Shown one piece after another: positions 17,666 to 27,100 of a stretch of DNA of 43,027 nucleotides (its first letter is position 1; each line of letters begins with the position of its first letter). A program made the position numbers and the translations under genes. Where the stretch lies: positions 1 to 43,027 of IMG/VR virus record IMGVR_UViG_3300032080_000009, one strand, 5' to 3'. The notes under the pieces were generated by a model that saw only the letters and a program-made list of their open reading frames with translations, had not been told where the DNA came from and did no database searches. The stretch comes from a virus.

Positions 17666-17973
17666 CACTCGCGCTCGGCTGCACGGTCGACGAGCTGCTC
17701 GCGCGGATCGACTCGCGCGAGCTCTCCGAGTGGGAAGCCTACGAGCGCGTCGCCGGCCCGGTCGATCTCGGCTCGCGGCTCGACGAGCTCTTCGCGATGC
17801 TACAAGCCACGCTCGCCAACGTGAATCGCTCGAAGCGGCAGCGCCCGTACAAGCCTGATCAGTTCAAGGCCGAATGGGGCGTCGTCAAACCGCAGGGCCC
17901 GATGAGCGGGGAAGATATGCTCGCAGCAGTCAAGCGGATCAACGCGGGCATGGGCGGCGGGCAGGGGAGGTAG
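17270..17973 (+). CDS. tail assembly chaperone, -1 frameshift fusion (G-T-like)
   Basis: The -1 frame encodes ...LALGCTVDELLARIDSRELSEWEAYERVAGP..., typical of the T-part. It stops 3 nt before the tape measure start. Confidence 0.65.
17623..17629 (+). other. -1 programmed frameshift slippery heptamer A_AAT_TTC
   Basis: X_XXY_YYZ pattern in the zero frame (codons gaA AAT TTC). The -1 frame stays open from 17629 to TAG 17971-17973. Confidence 0.65.
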
Positions 17974-17976
17974 CGC

Positions 17977-19926
17977 GTGGCGACGTTGCAAGACCTGCTC
18001 ATTAAGGTCGGCATCGATCCGAAGGGCGTCGACAAGGGCGGCCGGGAGATGCAAGGCAAGCTGTCGAAGACGTGGGACGGCATGAAAAAGACGTCGATGG
18101 TCGCGGGTGCGGCGATCGGCGTCGCGGCCGGCGCGGCGATCTTGCAAGGCGTGCTCTCGGGCCTTGAAAGCGAGGTCGCGACCGACAAGCTCGCCGCGCA
18201 GCTCGGCGCGACCGGGCCCGAAGCCGAAGTGCTCGGCAAGCAGGCCGGCGACCTCTACAAAAAGGGTCTCGGCGACTCGATGGAAACGGTGTCGTCGGCG
18301 CTCGGCGCAGTGAAGACGAGCTTCGGCAATCTCGCCGACGACGCGATCGAGCCCGTCACCGAGAAGGTGCTCAATCTGGCGAAGGCCTTCGAGATCGACA
18401 CCGCCCGGGCGGCGCAGGTCGCCGGGCAGGCAGTGTCGAGCGGGCTCGCGAAAGACGCCACGAGCGCGCTCGATCTGCTCACGGTCTCGATGCAAAAGGT
18501 GCCGGCCGCCGTGCGCGAAGACCTGCTCGATGCCGTCGACGAATACGGACCATTCATGTCCGCTATCGGCATCACGGGCGAGCGCGCCTTCGGGCTGCTC
18601 ACGAAGAGCGCCGAGAAGGGCATGTACGGCATCGATAAGACCGGCGACGCGCTCAAAGAGTTCGGCATCCGGGCGACCGACATGGGCGCCGCGAGCAAGG
18701 CCGGATACGACCTGCTCGGCATGTCGCAGAAAGACATGACGGCCGAGCTGCTCAAGGGCGGCGACGCTGGGGCCGAAGCTTTCGACTCGATCATCGACGG
18801 CCTGCTCGGAATGAAAGACCCGGTGGCGCAGTCGCAAGCAGCGCTCGCGCTCTTCGGCACGCCGCTCGAAGATCTCGGCGTGACCGAGATTCCGAAGTTC
18901 CTCGGCGGGCTGCAGAACACGAAGGGCGCTCTCGGCGAGGTGGCCGGCGCGACCGACCGGCTCGGCGACACGCTCAACGACAACGCCGCCACGAAGCTCG
19001 AAGCGTTCAAGCGGCAGGCGCAAGCGGCGCTCGTCGAGCAGCTCGCGAAGGCGCTGCCGGCGATTGAGGCGGTCTTCGGGTGGATGCAAAAGAACGGCGA
19101 CGTCGTGCAGATCGTCGCGGTCGCGCTCGGCGTGCTCGCGGTCGCGCTCGGCATCGCCGCCGCTGCGCAATGGGCGATGAACAGCGCTCTACTCGCCAAC
19201 CCGATCACGTGGATCATCGTCGGTATCGTGGCGCTCGTCGCCGCGCTCGTCTACGTCGCCACGAAGACGCAATTCTTTCAAACGATCTGGCGCGCCGTTT
19301 GGGGATTCATGAAAACGGTTGGCGCATGGTTCGCCGGCCCCTTCGCCGGATTCTTTGTCAGCACGTGGAACAAGATTGTCTCGTCTTTCCAGCGTGCGCG
19401 CGGGCAGCTCTCGACGGCGATCAATGCCGTCAAGAATTTCTTCGTCTCGTGGTACAACAAGGCATCTGAGATGATCACGAAGATCATCGGTAAGGGCAAG
19501 CAACTCGCCGATTGGTTCCGAGGCCTGCCCGGGCGCATCGGCGGCTCGCTGCGAAACGTGTTCAACGGCCTATGGTCCGGTTTCCGCTCGGTCGCAAACC
19601 GCATTATTTCCGGGTGGAATAACCTGAGTTTCACGGTCGGCGGCGGCAACTTCGCAGGCGTCTCGCTGCCGAGCGTCACGGTCTCGACGCCGAACATTCC
19701 GTATCTCGCCGCCGGCGGCATCGTCACCGGGCCGACCGTCGCGATGATCGGCGAGGGTCGGCAGGACGAAGCCGTGATCCCGCTCGACCGCCTGCCCGAG
19801 CTCTCCGGCCGTGACGATCAAGTCGTCGTGCAGGTCGTGCCCGGCGGCGAGCGCGAGTTCCGTCGCTGGGTCAACAAGACGATTCGAGTGAAGGGCGCTC
19901 TCGGCCCGGCAGAGGCGGCGGTATGA
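17977..19926 (+). CDS. tape measure protein
   Basis: 649 aa, Ala/Gly/Leu-rich and helical, with internal hydrophobic segments (IVAVALGVLAVALGIAAAAQW). It follows the chaperones. Confidence 0.88.
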   Translation: MATLQDLLIKVGIDPKGVDKGGREMQGKLSKTWDGMKKTSMVAGAAIGVAAGAAILQGVLSGLESEVATDKLAAQLGATGPEAEVLGKQAGDLYKKGLGDSMETVSSALGAVKTSFGNLADDAIEPVTEKVLNLAKAFEIDTARAAQVAGQAVSSGLAKDATSALDLLTVSMQKVPAAVREDLLDAVDEYGPFMSAIGITGERAFGLLTKSAEKGMYGIDKTGDALKEFGIRATDMGAASKAGYDLLGMSQKDMTAELLKGGDAGAEAFDSIIDGLLGMKDPVAQSQAALALFGTPLEDLGVTEIPKFLGGLQNTKGALGEVAGATDRLGDTLNDNAATKLEAFKRQAQAALVEQLAKALPAIEAVFGWMQKNGDVVQIVAVALGVLAVALGIAAAAQWAMNSALLANPITWIIVGIVALVAALVYVATKTQFFQTIWRAVWGFMKTVGAWFAGPFAGFFVSTWNKIVSSFQRARGQLSTAINAVKNFFVSWYNKASEMITKIIGKGKQLADWFRGLPGRIGGSLRNVFNGLWSGFRSVANRIISGWNNLSFTVGGGNFAGVSLPSVTVSTPNIPYLAAGGIVTGPTVAMIGEGRQDEAVIPLDRLPELSGRDDQVVVQVVPGGEREFRRWVNKTIRVKGALGPAEAAV

Positions 19927-22634
19927 CCATCCGGGGCCCGTACGGCTTCGTCGCCGAAGTCGCGCCCGGGGCCGCCCCGAGCGCTTCGCCGTCGACGTGG
20001 AACTTCACGAGCGACGGCGTGCGTTGGCGGCAGCGCTCGGGCATCACGGTCTCGGCCGGCCGCGACGACGAGTCGAGCGACGTCGAAGCGGGCAGCATGT
20101 CGGCGACGTTCGATGCCCGCGACGGCCGCCTCTCGCCGCGCAACGTGCTCGGTCCGTGGTACGGGCTGATCGGCACGAACACGCCGATCCGTCTCATGCT
20201 GCCGACCGTGAACGACACGTTCGATCGCACGGTCGCTGCAGGCGGGCTCGGCTTCGAGCCGCTCTCGGGTGCCGGGTGGTCGACGGCCGGTGGCTCGGCG
20301 CTCAGCGTGAGTGGCTCGGCCGCCCGGGCGACGCTCGTGACGCAGAACACGATCGCGCTGGCGACCGTCAATCGCCCCGTCGGGGCCGAAGTCGACGTGC
20401 TCTCGACGAGCTCGGTCTCAGCCGTGCCCGTCGGCGGCAACTATGTGCACGCGACCGTCGTGCGGCGCGTGGACAGTACGCACTACTACCGGGTGCATAC
20501 CGAGTATCAGACGAGCGGCGTCGTCGGCGTCAAGATCACCCGCAACAACGGCGGAATCGAGACCGACCTCGCGAGCAACTTCGCGACCGGCATCGGCTTC
20601 GCCGCCAACACGCAGATCAAGACGCGCGTGCGCACGGTCGGCGCGTCGATCATGGTCAAGGTCTGGCAGGCGGTCAACACCGAGCCGGCCGCGTGGCAGC
20701 TCACCGCCAACGACGACGACATCGACGGCACGTTCGTCGGCATCTACGAGTGGCGCATCGGCACGAACACCGTCACGCTCTCGATGACCGACTTCGCCGT
20801 GCGCTCGGTCGTCTACGCCGGGCAGGTGCCTGAGTGGCCCGTACGGTGGCCGAGCAAGAGCGGTGCCGACTGCGTGACCCCCGTCGCGGCGTCGGGCATC
20901 CTGCGATGGCTCAAGCAGGGGCAACCGCCTCTCGAAGCGCCGATTCCGCAGCAGCTATCGAGCTACCGGCCGCAGGCCTACTGGCGGCTCGACGAAGGCT
21001 CGGGGTCGTCGAGCGCGGGCGATTCGGTCGCCTTCGGCTTCGACGCTCGCGGGCCCGAGATCACGTACGGCAACGACGACGCCCCGCCCGGCGCGATCGC
21101 GAGCGCGTCGCTCAATACGGCCGGCGTCTCGAAGCTCTCGGGCACGGTGCGCACATGGAATCTCGGCAACGGCGACGGCTCGACGATCATGTACTTCCGG
21201 CTCGGCTCGACGCCGCCCGCATCACTCACGCCGCTCTTCGAGCTGCGCACCGTCGGCGACGTCAACCGATGGGTCGTCTCGATCAGCAGTACGGCAATCG
21301 AGCTCAACTCATACGATCGCACGGGCATCGGCGTCGTGACGGGCATGTCGGGCGGGCTCGGCGTCGACGCGACGAAGTGGTGGGCGATCTCGATCGAGTT
21401 CGAAAAGTTCGGCGCGAGCGACACGATCGTGCAGCTCAACTGGCATCAGGTCGGCTCGACGACGTTCTACACGGCCGGCAGCACGCAGGTAAGCGGTCGC
21501 CTGCTCACCCGCATCTCGGACGTCTCAGTCTCGGCCCCGGTCGACAACACGCTCGTCTCTAACGTCTGGGTCGGCCCGTCGACAGTCCCCTTCGTCAACA
21601 CGAGCTTTATTCAGGTCTCGTCGGGCTTCGCGGGTGAGACCGACGTCGCCCGCATCCGCCGCGTGCTCGGGTACGCCGGCATCGAAGTCTTCGTGACGCC
21701 CGGCGTCGGCCGGCGGCTCGGCGCGCAGCCGCGTAACGCCACGGTGCTCGACGTCGTGCGCGATGCCGAGCAAGGCGGCTTCGGGCTGCTCTACGAGCGC
21801 GGCGCGGTTCTCGGCTACCTCCCGTGGTCGGCTCGGGTGAATCCGCCCGTGACGATGGCGCTCGACTGGTCGCTCGGGCATCTCGACGAAGCGCCCGAGC
21901 CGACCGACGACGATCAGCAGCTCGTGAACCGGTGGACGTCGACGCGCCCCGACGCCGGCTCGCGGGTCGCCGAAGACGAAGAGAGCATCACCCGGCACCG
22001 CGTGTACGCCGACGGCGAGGCGGTCAACGTCGAGCGCGACGAGCAGCTCGCCGACGACGCCGGGTGGCACGTCGCGATCGGCACGGTCGACTCGCTGCGG
22101 TGGCCGACGATCAAGATCAACTTGAGCCGCAACCCGAGCCTGATCTTCCCGTGGCTCGCCTGCCGCATCGGCTCGCGGATCACGATCGCCAATCTGCCCG
22201 AGCAGGTCGCCGGCGAAGTCGCCGATCTGCTCGTCGAAGGCTACGAGATCGTCATCGACACGGACTACGAGTGGACCGTCGAGATCGCCTGCTCGCCGGC
22301 GAAGCCTTGGACCGAAGTCGGCGTGTGGGGCGAGACGCGCGGCGACTCGAAGTCGTGCGAGCTCGTCGAAGACCTCACGATCTCGGAGACCGCCTGCGAC
22401 GTGCGCGCGCTCGTCTACGAGGACACGTGGGCGAATCCGGCCGCCCCGGGCGATTACTCGGTCGTCATGGCGGGCGAAGTGATGCCTGTGCAGTCGGCGA
22501 CCGCGCCCGTGCTCTCTGGCGGATACTGGACACAGACGATCACAGTGACGCGCGGCAGCGCGCTCGCGAAGGCACACGCCACGGGGGAACCTGTGCGGCT
22601 CGCCGAGCCTAAGCGTTGGGGGATGGGGTACTGA
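19923..22634 (+). CDS. minor tail protein (distal-tail/tip, 903 aa)
   Basis: ATGA overlap with the tape measure. The call rests on its large size and position. Confidence 0.75.
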   Translation: MTIRGPYGFVAEVAPGAAPSASPSTWNFTSDGVRWRQRSGITVSAGRDDESSDVEAGSMSATFDARDGRLSPRNVLGPWYGLIGTNTPIRLMLPTVNDTFDRTVAAGGLGFEPLSGAGWSTAGGSALSVSGSAARATLVTQNTIALATVNRPVGAEVDVLSTSSVSAVPVGGNYVHATVVRRVDSTHYYRVHTEYQTSGVVGVKITRNNGGIETDLASNFATGIGFAANTQIKTRVRTVGASIMVKVWQAVNTEPAAWQLTANDDDIDGTFVGIYEWRIGTNTVTLSMTDFAVRSVVYAGQVPEWPVRWPSKSGADCVTPVAASGILRWLKQGQPPLEAPIPQQLSSYRPQAYWRLDEGSGSSSAGDSVAFGFDARGPEITYGNDDAPPGAIASASLNTAGVSKLSGTVRTWNLGNGDGSTIMYFRLGSTPPASLTPLFELRTVGDVNRWVVSISSTAIELNSYDRTGIGVVTGMSGGLGVDATKWWAISIEFEKFGASDTIVQLNWHQVGSTTFYTAGSTQVSGRLLTRISDVSVSAPVDNTLVSNVWVGPSTVPFVNTSFIQVSSGFAGETDVARIRRVLGYAGIEVFVTPGVGRRLGAQPRNATVLDVVRDAEQGGFGLLYERGAVLGYLPWSARVNPPVTMALDWSLGHLDEAPEPTDDDQQLVNRWTSTRPDAGSRVAEDEESITRHRVYADGEAVNVERDEQLADDAGWHVAIGTVDSLRWPTIKINLSRNPSLIFPWLACRIGSRITIANLPEQVAGEVADLLVEGYEIVIDTDYEWTVEIACSPAKPWTEVGVWGETRGDSKSCELVEDLTISETACDVRALVYEDTWANPAAPGDYSVVMAGEVMPVQSATAPVLSGGYWTQTITVTRGSALAKAHATGEPVRLAEPKRWGMGY

Positions 22635-23071
22635 TGCCGCAAGCAGGCGAGATCTACTCACCGAGCGATATCCCGCGTCGGGTCGGCGTCACGCTCGGCA
22701 CGGCCGACTTGAGCGCCACGAGCGGCACGACCGAGAAGACCGTCGACGCGACAACCGTCTCGGTCGTCTCGGGAAAGACCTACTCGGTCCGTTACCTGTT
22801 CCACTACACCGGCACGGTCTCGGCCGATGCGTTCCTGATGCGGATCAGGCAAGGCGGGCTCGCCGGCGTGCAGCTCTCGTACGCGATGGCTGACGTCACC
22901 ATCACCGCCGGCGGCGCACTCACGGGGTACGTCGAAGTCGATTGGGTGGCGTCGACGACCGGCTCGCAGACGTTCACGACCACCGTGCAGCGGGCGGCCG
23001 GCTCGGGCACGTTGACCGTTAAGGGTGCCGTCTCGCAGCCGCGTAAGCTCGAAGTCCGATTCGAGGAGTAG
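22634..23071 (+). CDS. minor tail protein / possible receptor-binding component (145 aa)
   Basis: ATGA overlap. The composition is beta-rich. It is the last structural gene before lysis. Confidence 0.55.
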   Translation: MPQAGEIYSPSDIPRRVGVTLGTADLSATSGTTEKTVDATTVSVVSGKTYSVRYLFHYTGTVSADAFLMRIRQGGLAGVQLSYAMADVTITAGGALTGYVEVDWVASTTGSQTFTTTVQRAAGSGTLTVKGAVSQPRKLEVRFEE

Positions 23072-23084
23072 GGGAGGTTACCCC

Positions 23085-23792
23085 GTGCCGAACAGTCAGA
23101 ACGGATGGCCCGTCGCGCCGCGCAGCGCCGTCGACGAGCTGCCGCTGATCCGCAACGTGCGCGTGCCGAACGGCGTGCTCAAGGGCGACGTCGCCGTCAT
23201 TTTTCGGTGGCTCGCTGCGCAGTACGATCGCCGCGTCGAGCCGCTCAAGGCGGGCCAGTGCTGGGGATGGTTCGTCAAGGTCATCGAAGGCAGCTCGACG
23301 ATCAGCAATCACGCGAGCGGCACGGCGGTCGACTTCAACGCGCCCGACAACCCGATGGGGCAGGGCACGACGCGCCGCTCGATGACGGCAACGCAGATCG
23401 CGACTTGCCATGCGCTCGAAGTCGAGAGCGACAACGTGCTGCGCTGGGGCGGCGACTTCGGTCGCAACGACCCGATGCACTGGGAGATCGTCGGCTCGCG
23501 CGCCGCCTGCCGAGCCTTCGTCGCGAAGCTCACACAGACGACGACGCCGCCGCGAAAGGTGGACACCATGCAAATGACCGTCAAGCTGTCCGTACTCAAG
23601 CAGGGCGACCGCGACGACCGGCTCGGCGGGTACAACTTGATCACCCGCGTGCAGCGGATCGTCGGGGCCGACGACGATGGCATCTGGGGAGCGGACACGA
23701 CCGACGCGATCGCCCGATGGCTCAAGAAGTCGCCGGCCGAGTGCCGCGTGATGACCGAACCAATGTGGCGCAATCTGCTCGGCCTCTCGTAG
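23085..23792 (+). CDS. endolysin: M15 (VanY-like) peptidase plus a C-terminal peptidoglycan-binding domain
   Basis: GTG after GGGGAGG. It has SNHASGTAVDF...DPMHWEI (metallopeptidase) and DDDGIWGADTTDAIARWLK (PG_binding_1-like). Confidence 0.85.
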   Translation: MPNSQNGWPVAPRSAVDELPLIRNVRVPNGVLKGDVAVIFRWLAAQYDRRVEPLKAGQCWGWFVKVIEGSSTISNHASGTAVDFNAPDNPMGQGTTRRSMTATQIATCHALEVESDNVLRWGGDFGRNDPMHWEIVGSRAACRAFVAKLTQTTTPPRKVDTMQMTVKLSVLKQGDRDDRLGGYNLITRVQRIVGADDDGIWGADTTDAIARWLKKSPAECRVMTEPMWRNLLGLS

Positions 23793-23844
23793 AGACCGAA
23801 CCGATGCCGAGCACCCGAACACAACCCTTATTGTTGCCTTAAGA

Positions 23845-23878
23845 ATCGGCTCGTCGGCCTTCCGTGCGACGAGCCGAT
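23845..23878 (+). terminator. 12-bp perfect hairpin ATCGGCTCGTCG / CGACGAGCCGAT
   Basis: Perfect inverted repeat with a 10-nt loop, 53 nt after the endolysin stop. Confidence 0.55.
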
Positions 23879-23957
23879 CCGCATCAATCGGGCTCTACTC
23901 GGGTAGCTTGTGCACTGGCAGGCACTCTGGACAATGGCCTAGATCGGTAGATTATGA

Positions 23958-24251
23958 GTGAGCGAGCAGCAGCGGGATTCGCACGTGTTCCCACCGTGGT
24001 GGATCGTCACGCGGGACGTCGCGCTCTTCGTGGCGGGCCTGGCGCTCGTGTTTTGGGAAGTGTCGCGGCCGGAGATTCGGGACGCGGTTCTGATCTTGGG
24101 CGGATCGCTGCTCGGGGGCCCGACGGCGGCGCTCGGAGCAACGTCGCTCGCGCAGGCGATCACATCCCGAGTTGGTACCGGACCGCCGTCATCATCCTCT
24201 CCGGAAGTGCCTCTACCGCCGTCCTCACCGCCGTCATCGCCCGGGGCGTGA
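23958..24251 (+). CDS. membrane protein (two predicted TM segments, Pro/Ser-rich tail); possible holin-like
   Basis: The frame gives FPPWWIVTRDVALFVAGLALVFWEV and AVLILGGSLLGGPTAALGA. The start is uncertain (GTG 23958 or GTG 23985). Confidence 0.55.
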   Translation: MSEQQRDSHVFPPWWIVTRDVALFVAGLALVFWEVSRPEIRDAVLILGGSLLGGPTAALGATSLAQAITSRVGTGPPSSSSPEVPLPPSSPPSSPGA

Positions 24252-24255
24252 CCAC

Positions 24256-24576
24256 ATGACCGACCCGCAACCACCCCGCAAGATGGTCCTAGTGCCTGCG
24301 TATTGGATCGCCGTCGCGATGCTCACGGTAGCGGCGATGGTCGCCGTCTCGGCCGTCATCTCGGTCGCTCTCGCCGACCGCAACGCGAAGCAGCTCGTCG
24401 ATCGTTACGAAGCCGACAAGCAGGCGACCGCCGAGACGAACCGCGAGTTCTACTGCGCACTCTTCGGCTCGCAGGCCGACGCCTTCGCCGACGCCACGAC
24501 CGCGACCGGCAAGGCGTCGCTTAAGGCATGGCTCGATCTCTACGCACTCGCAGAGTGCAGCCCGGCGAGGCGCTGA
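24256..24576 (+). CDS. membrane-anchored protein (N-terminal TM)
   Basis: Starts at internal ATG 24256. It has MVLVPAYWIAVAMLTVAAMVAVSAVISVAL. Confidence 0.6.
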   Translation: MTDPQPPRKMVLVPAYWIAVAMLTVAAMVAVSAVISVALADRNAKQLVDRYEADKQATAETNREFYCALFGSQADAFADATTATGKASLKAWLDLYALAECSPARR

Positions 24577-24579
24577 TCG

Positions 24580-24984
24580 ATGGCCCGGCCGTCTCCACGT
24601 TTCCAACGTCGCCGCGAGCTCGATGAGCTGCGACGACGACTGATGCGCGAGCAGGTGCAGGCGCAGTCGTCGGACGCGAAGACGATCGCGCATTTGCGCG
24701 AGCAGGTCACGACGCTCACGGCACGCCGGCCGATCGTGCGCACCGCTGCAGCGGCCGTGCCGGCGATCGTGCTCGGTGCCCCGCAGCTCGTCACGGTCAT
24801 CTGGGATCAGTCGATGCCGGTCGACGACGCCTACGATCTGTCGATCGCGGTCGCGCCCGCGCTCATCGGCCGGGCGACGTGGGCGGTCGTCGAGCGCAAG
24901 AAAGAGCACGCCGAGCTGCGCATCTCGCCGGTCGGCGCATCGATCTCGCTCGGTCAATGGCTCATCGCGACGGCGGTCTACTGA
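24580..24984 (+). CDS. hypothetical protein (basic, coiled N-terminus)
   Basis: 134-aa ORF, G/C-rich at codon position 3. Confidence 0.65.
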   Translation: MARPSPRFQRRRELDELRRRLMREQVQAQSSDAKTIAHLREQVTTLTARRPIVRTAAAAVPAIVLGAPQLVTVIWDQSMPVDDAYDLSIAVAPALIGRATWAVVERKKEHAELRISPVGASISLGQWLIATAVY

Positions 24985-24998
24985 CGTACGATCGGGCC

Positions 24999-25265
24999 AT
25001 GGGACGAATCAAGACGTACGGCCGCAATTTCTGGCGGCAGGCAACCGAGCGCGCGCTCAAGACTGCCGCTCAGGCGATCGGCGTCGCGCTCGCTGGCGAC
25101 GTCGCCAACGTGCTCTCGCTCGATTGGAAAGTCGTTGGCGGTAGCGCTCTTACCGGTCTCGTGCTCTCGTACGTGACCAGCGTCGCGACCGCGCCTGCGG
25201 GCCCGGCCGACGACCCCTCGCTCATCTCGCCCGTTGACGAGAGCGGCCGGCCGCTCGACCACTAG
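24999..25265 (+). CDS. holin (r1t/LL-H-like family)
   Basis: Starts at internal ATG 24999. The segment RQATERALKTAAQAIGVALAGDVANVLSLDWKVVGGSALTGLVLSYVTSVA resembles r1t-type holins. Confidence 0.7.
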   Translation: MGRIKTYGRNFWRQATERALKTAAQAIGVALAGDVANVLSLDWKVVGGSALTGLVLSYVTSVATAPAGPADDPSLISPVDESGRPLDH

Positions 25266-25279
25266 CCCGGAAACGAAGC

Positions 25280-25306
25280 GTGCCCCCGGCATCGGACCGG
25301 GGGCAC
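25280..25306. terminator. bidirectional hairpin GTGCCCCCGG / CCGGGGGCAC between convergent operons
   Basis: 10-bp perfect stem with a 7-nt loop, extendable with a bulge. It lies between the plus-strand stop at 25265 and the minus-strand stop at 25339. Confidence 0.7.
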
Positions 25307-25338
25307 TTCGACGAGTGGCGCTCGTACTGACGAGCCTA

Positions 25339-25770
25339 CTAGGCGAACGGGTCGTAAGGCGGCTTCGTGGCGTCGCTCGCGGGCTCGGCCGGCGGCGCGG
25401 GCACGGCGACCTGCGCAGGCTCGGCCACGGCCGCAGGCGCGCTCTCCGGCGAGACCTGCTCGACGCTCGCGGCCGGCACTGCCGCCTGCTGCACGGCGTC
25501 GAGCCGCGCCGCCGCTTCGTCGGCAGCGATCTCGGCCTTCGTGCGCCGCTTGCGCTTCGGCTTGTCATCGCCGTCGGGCTCGGCGTCGTCGGCCGGCCGG
25601 GCGTCGGGCGTCACGCTGGTCACGGCGACAAGCTCGGCCCCGAGCGTCTCGGCGAGCAGGCCGGGCACGACCCGAGCGACCTGCTCGGCCGTGACGTCGA
25701 AGGCGACGAGATCTTCGATCCGGTCAGCGGTCTCGCGCTGCACGATCAGGCGAAGCTTCGGAAACGACAT
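25339..25770 (-). CDS. hypothetical protein (N-terminal domain, KRKRRTK basic patch, Ala/Pro-rich tail ending PPYDPFA)
   Basis: The second ATG (25770) was chosen because GGGAGAG lies 6 nt upstream. Confidence 0.65.
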   Translation of the reverse strand: MSFPKLRLIVQRETADRIEDLVAFDVTAEQVARVVPGLLAETLGAELVAVTSVTPDARPADDAEPDGDDKPKRKRRTKAEIAADEAAARLDAVQQAAVPAASVEQVSPESAPAAVAEPAQVAVPAPPAEPASDATKPPYDPFA

Positions 25771-25772
25771 GA

Positions 25773-26255
25773 TCAACTCTCCCAATTTGTCGGCGCGATC
25801 ACGATGAGCGCGCCCGGTCGGTCGTACAGCGGCACGCCGGGTAGCGGCCGGGTCTTGCGCAGCCCGTCGATGGCGACGACCTGCGAGTCATCCGCGTAGA
25901 GACGGGCCGAGTGCTTCGAGCTCTTCGCGCCGCCGAGAGCGTCGAGCACGCCCCGCAGCAGCTTGTCGACGTCGGGCGTGCCGAGCGGCTCATCGGTCCC
26001 TTCGGCGCGGCACTGCTGCTCTTCGACCACGAAGACGCAGCGCTCGATGTGCACGCCCCGGCCGGCCGGGTAGAGCGGCAGCGCCGCCGGCGAGATGCCG
26101 GCGTCTGCGTATGCACGGAAGGCGGCGATCCTGATCTGCTGCCGCCACGCGCGCAGGTAGGGCGAACTTTCGAGCAGCGCCCCGCCCGTGCCGAGCTCTT
26201 TCGAGCCCTGCGGGGCGGGGCGGCCGAAGGCTCGCAGAGTGAGCCGGGGCGGCAT
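25773..26255 (-). CDS. rusA: RusA-like Holliday junction resolvase
   Basis: Starts at internal ATG 26255 (TAATG overlap). It has LRAFGRPAPQGSKE...SPYLRAWRQQI...DVDKLLRGVLDAL...YADDSQVV. Confidence 0.75.
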   Translation of the reverse strand: MPPRLTLRAFGRPAPQGSKELGTGGALLESSPYLRAWRQQIRIAAFRAYADAGISPAALPLYPAGRGVHIERCVFVVEEQQCRAEGTDEPLGTPDVDKLLRGVLDALGGAKSSKHSARLYADDSQVVAIDGLRKTRPLPGVPLYDRPGALIVIAPTNWES

Positions 26256-27100
26256 TACGCGAGCGGGTGCGGGTACGTGCCCTGCGCAACGAGTCCCATG
26301 TACGTGCGGCAGAGAGCGAGCTCGCTCTCGTCGGCACCCGCGAGGTACCACGGGGCGTTCCGCTCGGGGCCCGCCTTGACGACCCGGCCGGCGACCATGC
26401 CCTGCGTGCCGCCAGTGTTCTGCGGCAGGTGCGGCTTGAGCTGCGCGACGAGCCGACTCTGTGAGATCCACATCGCCTTACGGACGTACGGCAGCGCCTC
26501 GCGGGTCGTGTGCGGCGTCGGCGGCAGCTCGTGCGGCGCGCCGCCGAAGTCGATGTAACCGCCCGACGGCGACGTGCCCGGGCCCATGTCGAGCACGACG
26601 ACGGTCGCCGTGACGAGCTCTTCGGTCGTGTTGCCCTTCGCGCGCTGCTCAGGGGTGATGAAACGCTCGGTGCGCTGCCGGGTCTCGATCGCGTGCGGGA
26701 ACACGAGCACGAGCCGGTTGTACATGTCGGCGAGCTTCGCGCCCGTGCCCGAGCCGGCCGGCGGCGGCGCGTCGGCGGCACGAAGAGCGCCCATGTCGAG
26801 CGCGGGCCCGCTGTACTGCCCGCTCGGGGCCGACTGCTGCGGGGCGGGCGCGGGTGCCTGCCCGTACTGCTGCGCGCCGTAGGCCTGCGGCACGGCGGCC
26901 GGAGGAGCGTAGCTCGGCGCGGGCTCGGCGTACTGCTGCGCGGGCGGCGCGTAGGCCTGCGGGGCGGGTGCCGGCGCGGGTGCCTGCTGCTGCACGCCGG
27001 GGCCGAACGGGTTGCTCGGCGCGGCCGGGGCCGGCTCGGGTGCGGCCTGCTGCTGCGGCGCGGGAGCGGCGAACGGATTCGTCACGTTGTGACCTTTCAT
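26255..27100 (-). CDS. hypothetical protein with a Pro/Gln/Ala-rich, low-complexity N-terminal half and a folded C-terminal domain
   Basis: Start taken at ATG 27100 (MKGHNVTNPF...). NPF motifs occur twice. The function is unknown. Confidence 0.65.
   Translation of the reverse strand: MKGHNVTNPFAAPAPQQQAAPEPAPAAPSNPFGPGVQQQAPAPAPAPQAYAPPAQQYAEPAPSYAPPAAVPQAYGAQQYGQAPAPAPQQSAPSGQYSGPALDMGALRAADAPPPAGSGTGAKLADMYNRLVLVFPHAIETRQRTERFITPEQRAKGNTTEELVTATVVVLDMGPGTSPSGGYIDFGGAPHELPPTPHTTREALPYVRKAMWISQSRLVAQLKPHLPQNTGGTQGMVAGRVVKAGPERNAPWYLAGADESELALCRTYMGLVAQGTYPHPLA

Noticed and set aside
23903-23953. TAGCTT / TAGATC / TAGATT hexamers upstream of the membrane-protein genes as promoters
   Set aside because: They lack the TGC prefix and the upstream half-site of the main motif family. 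Their spacing to any start codon is ambiguous. The evidence is too weak to call.
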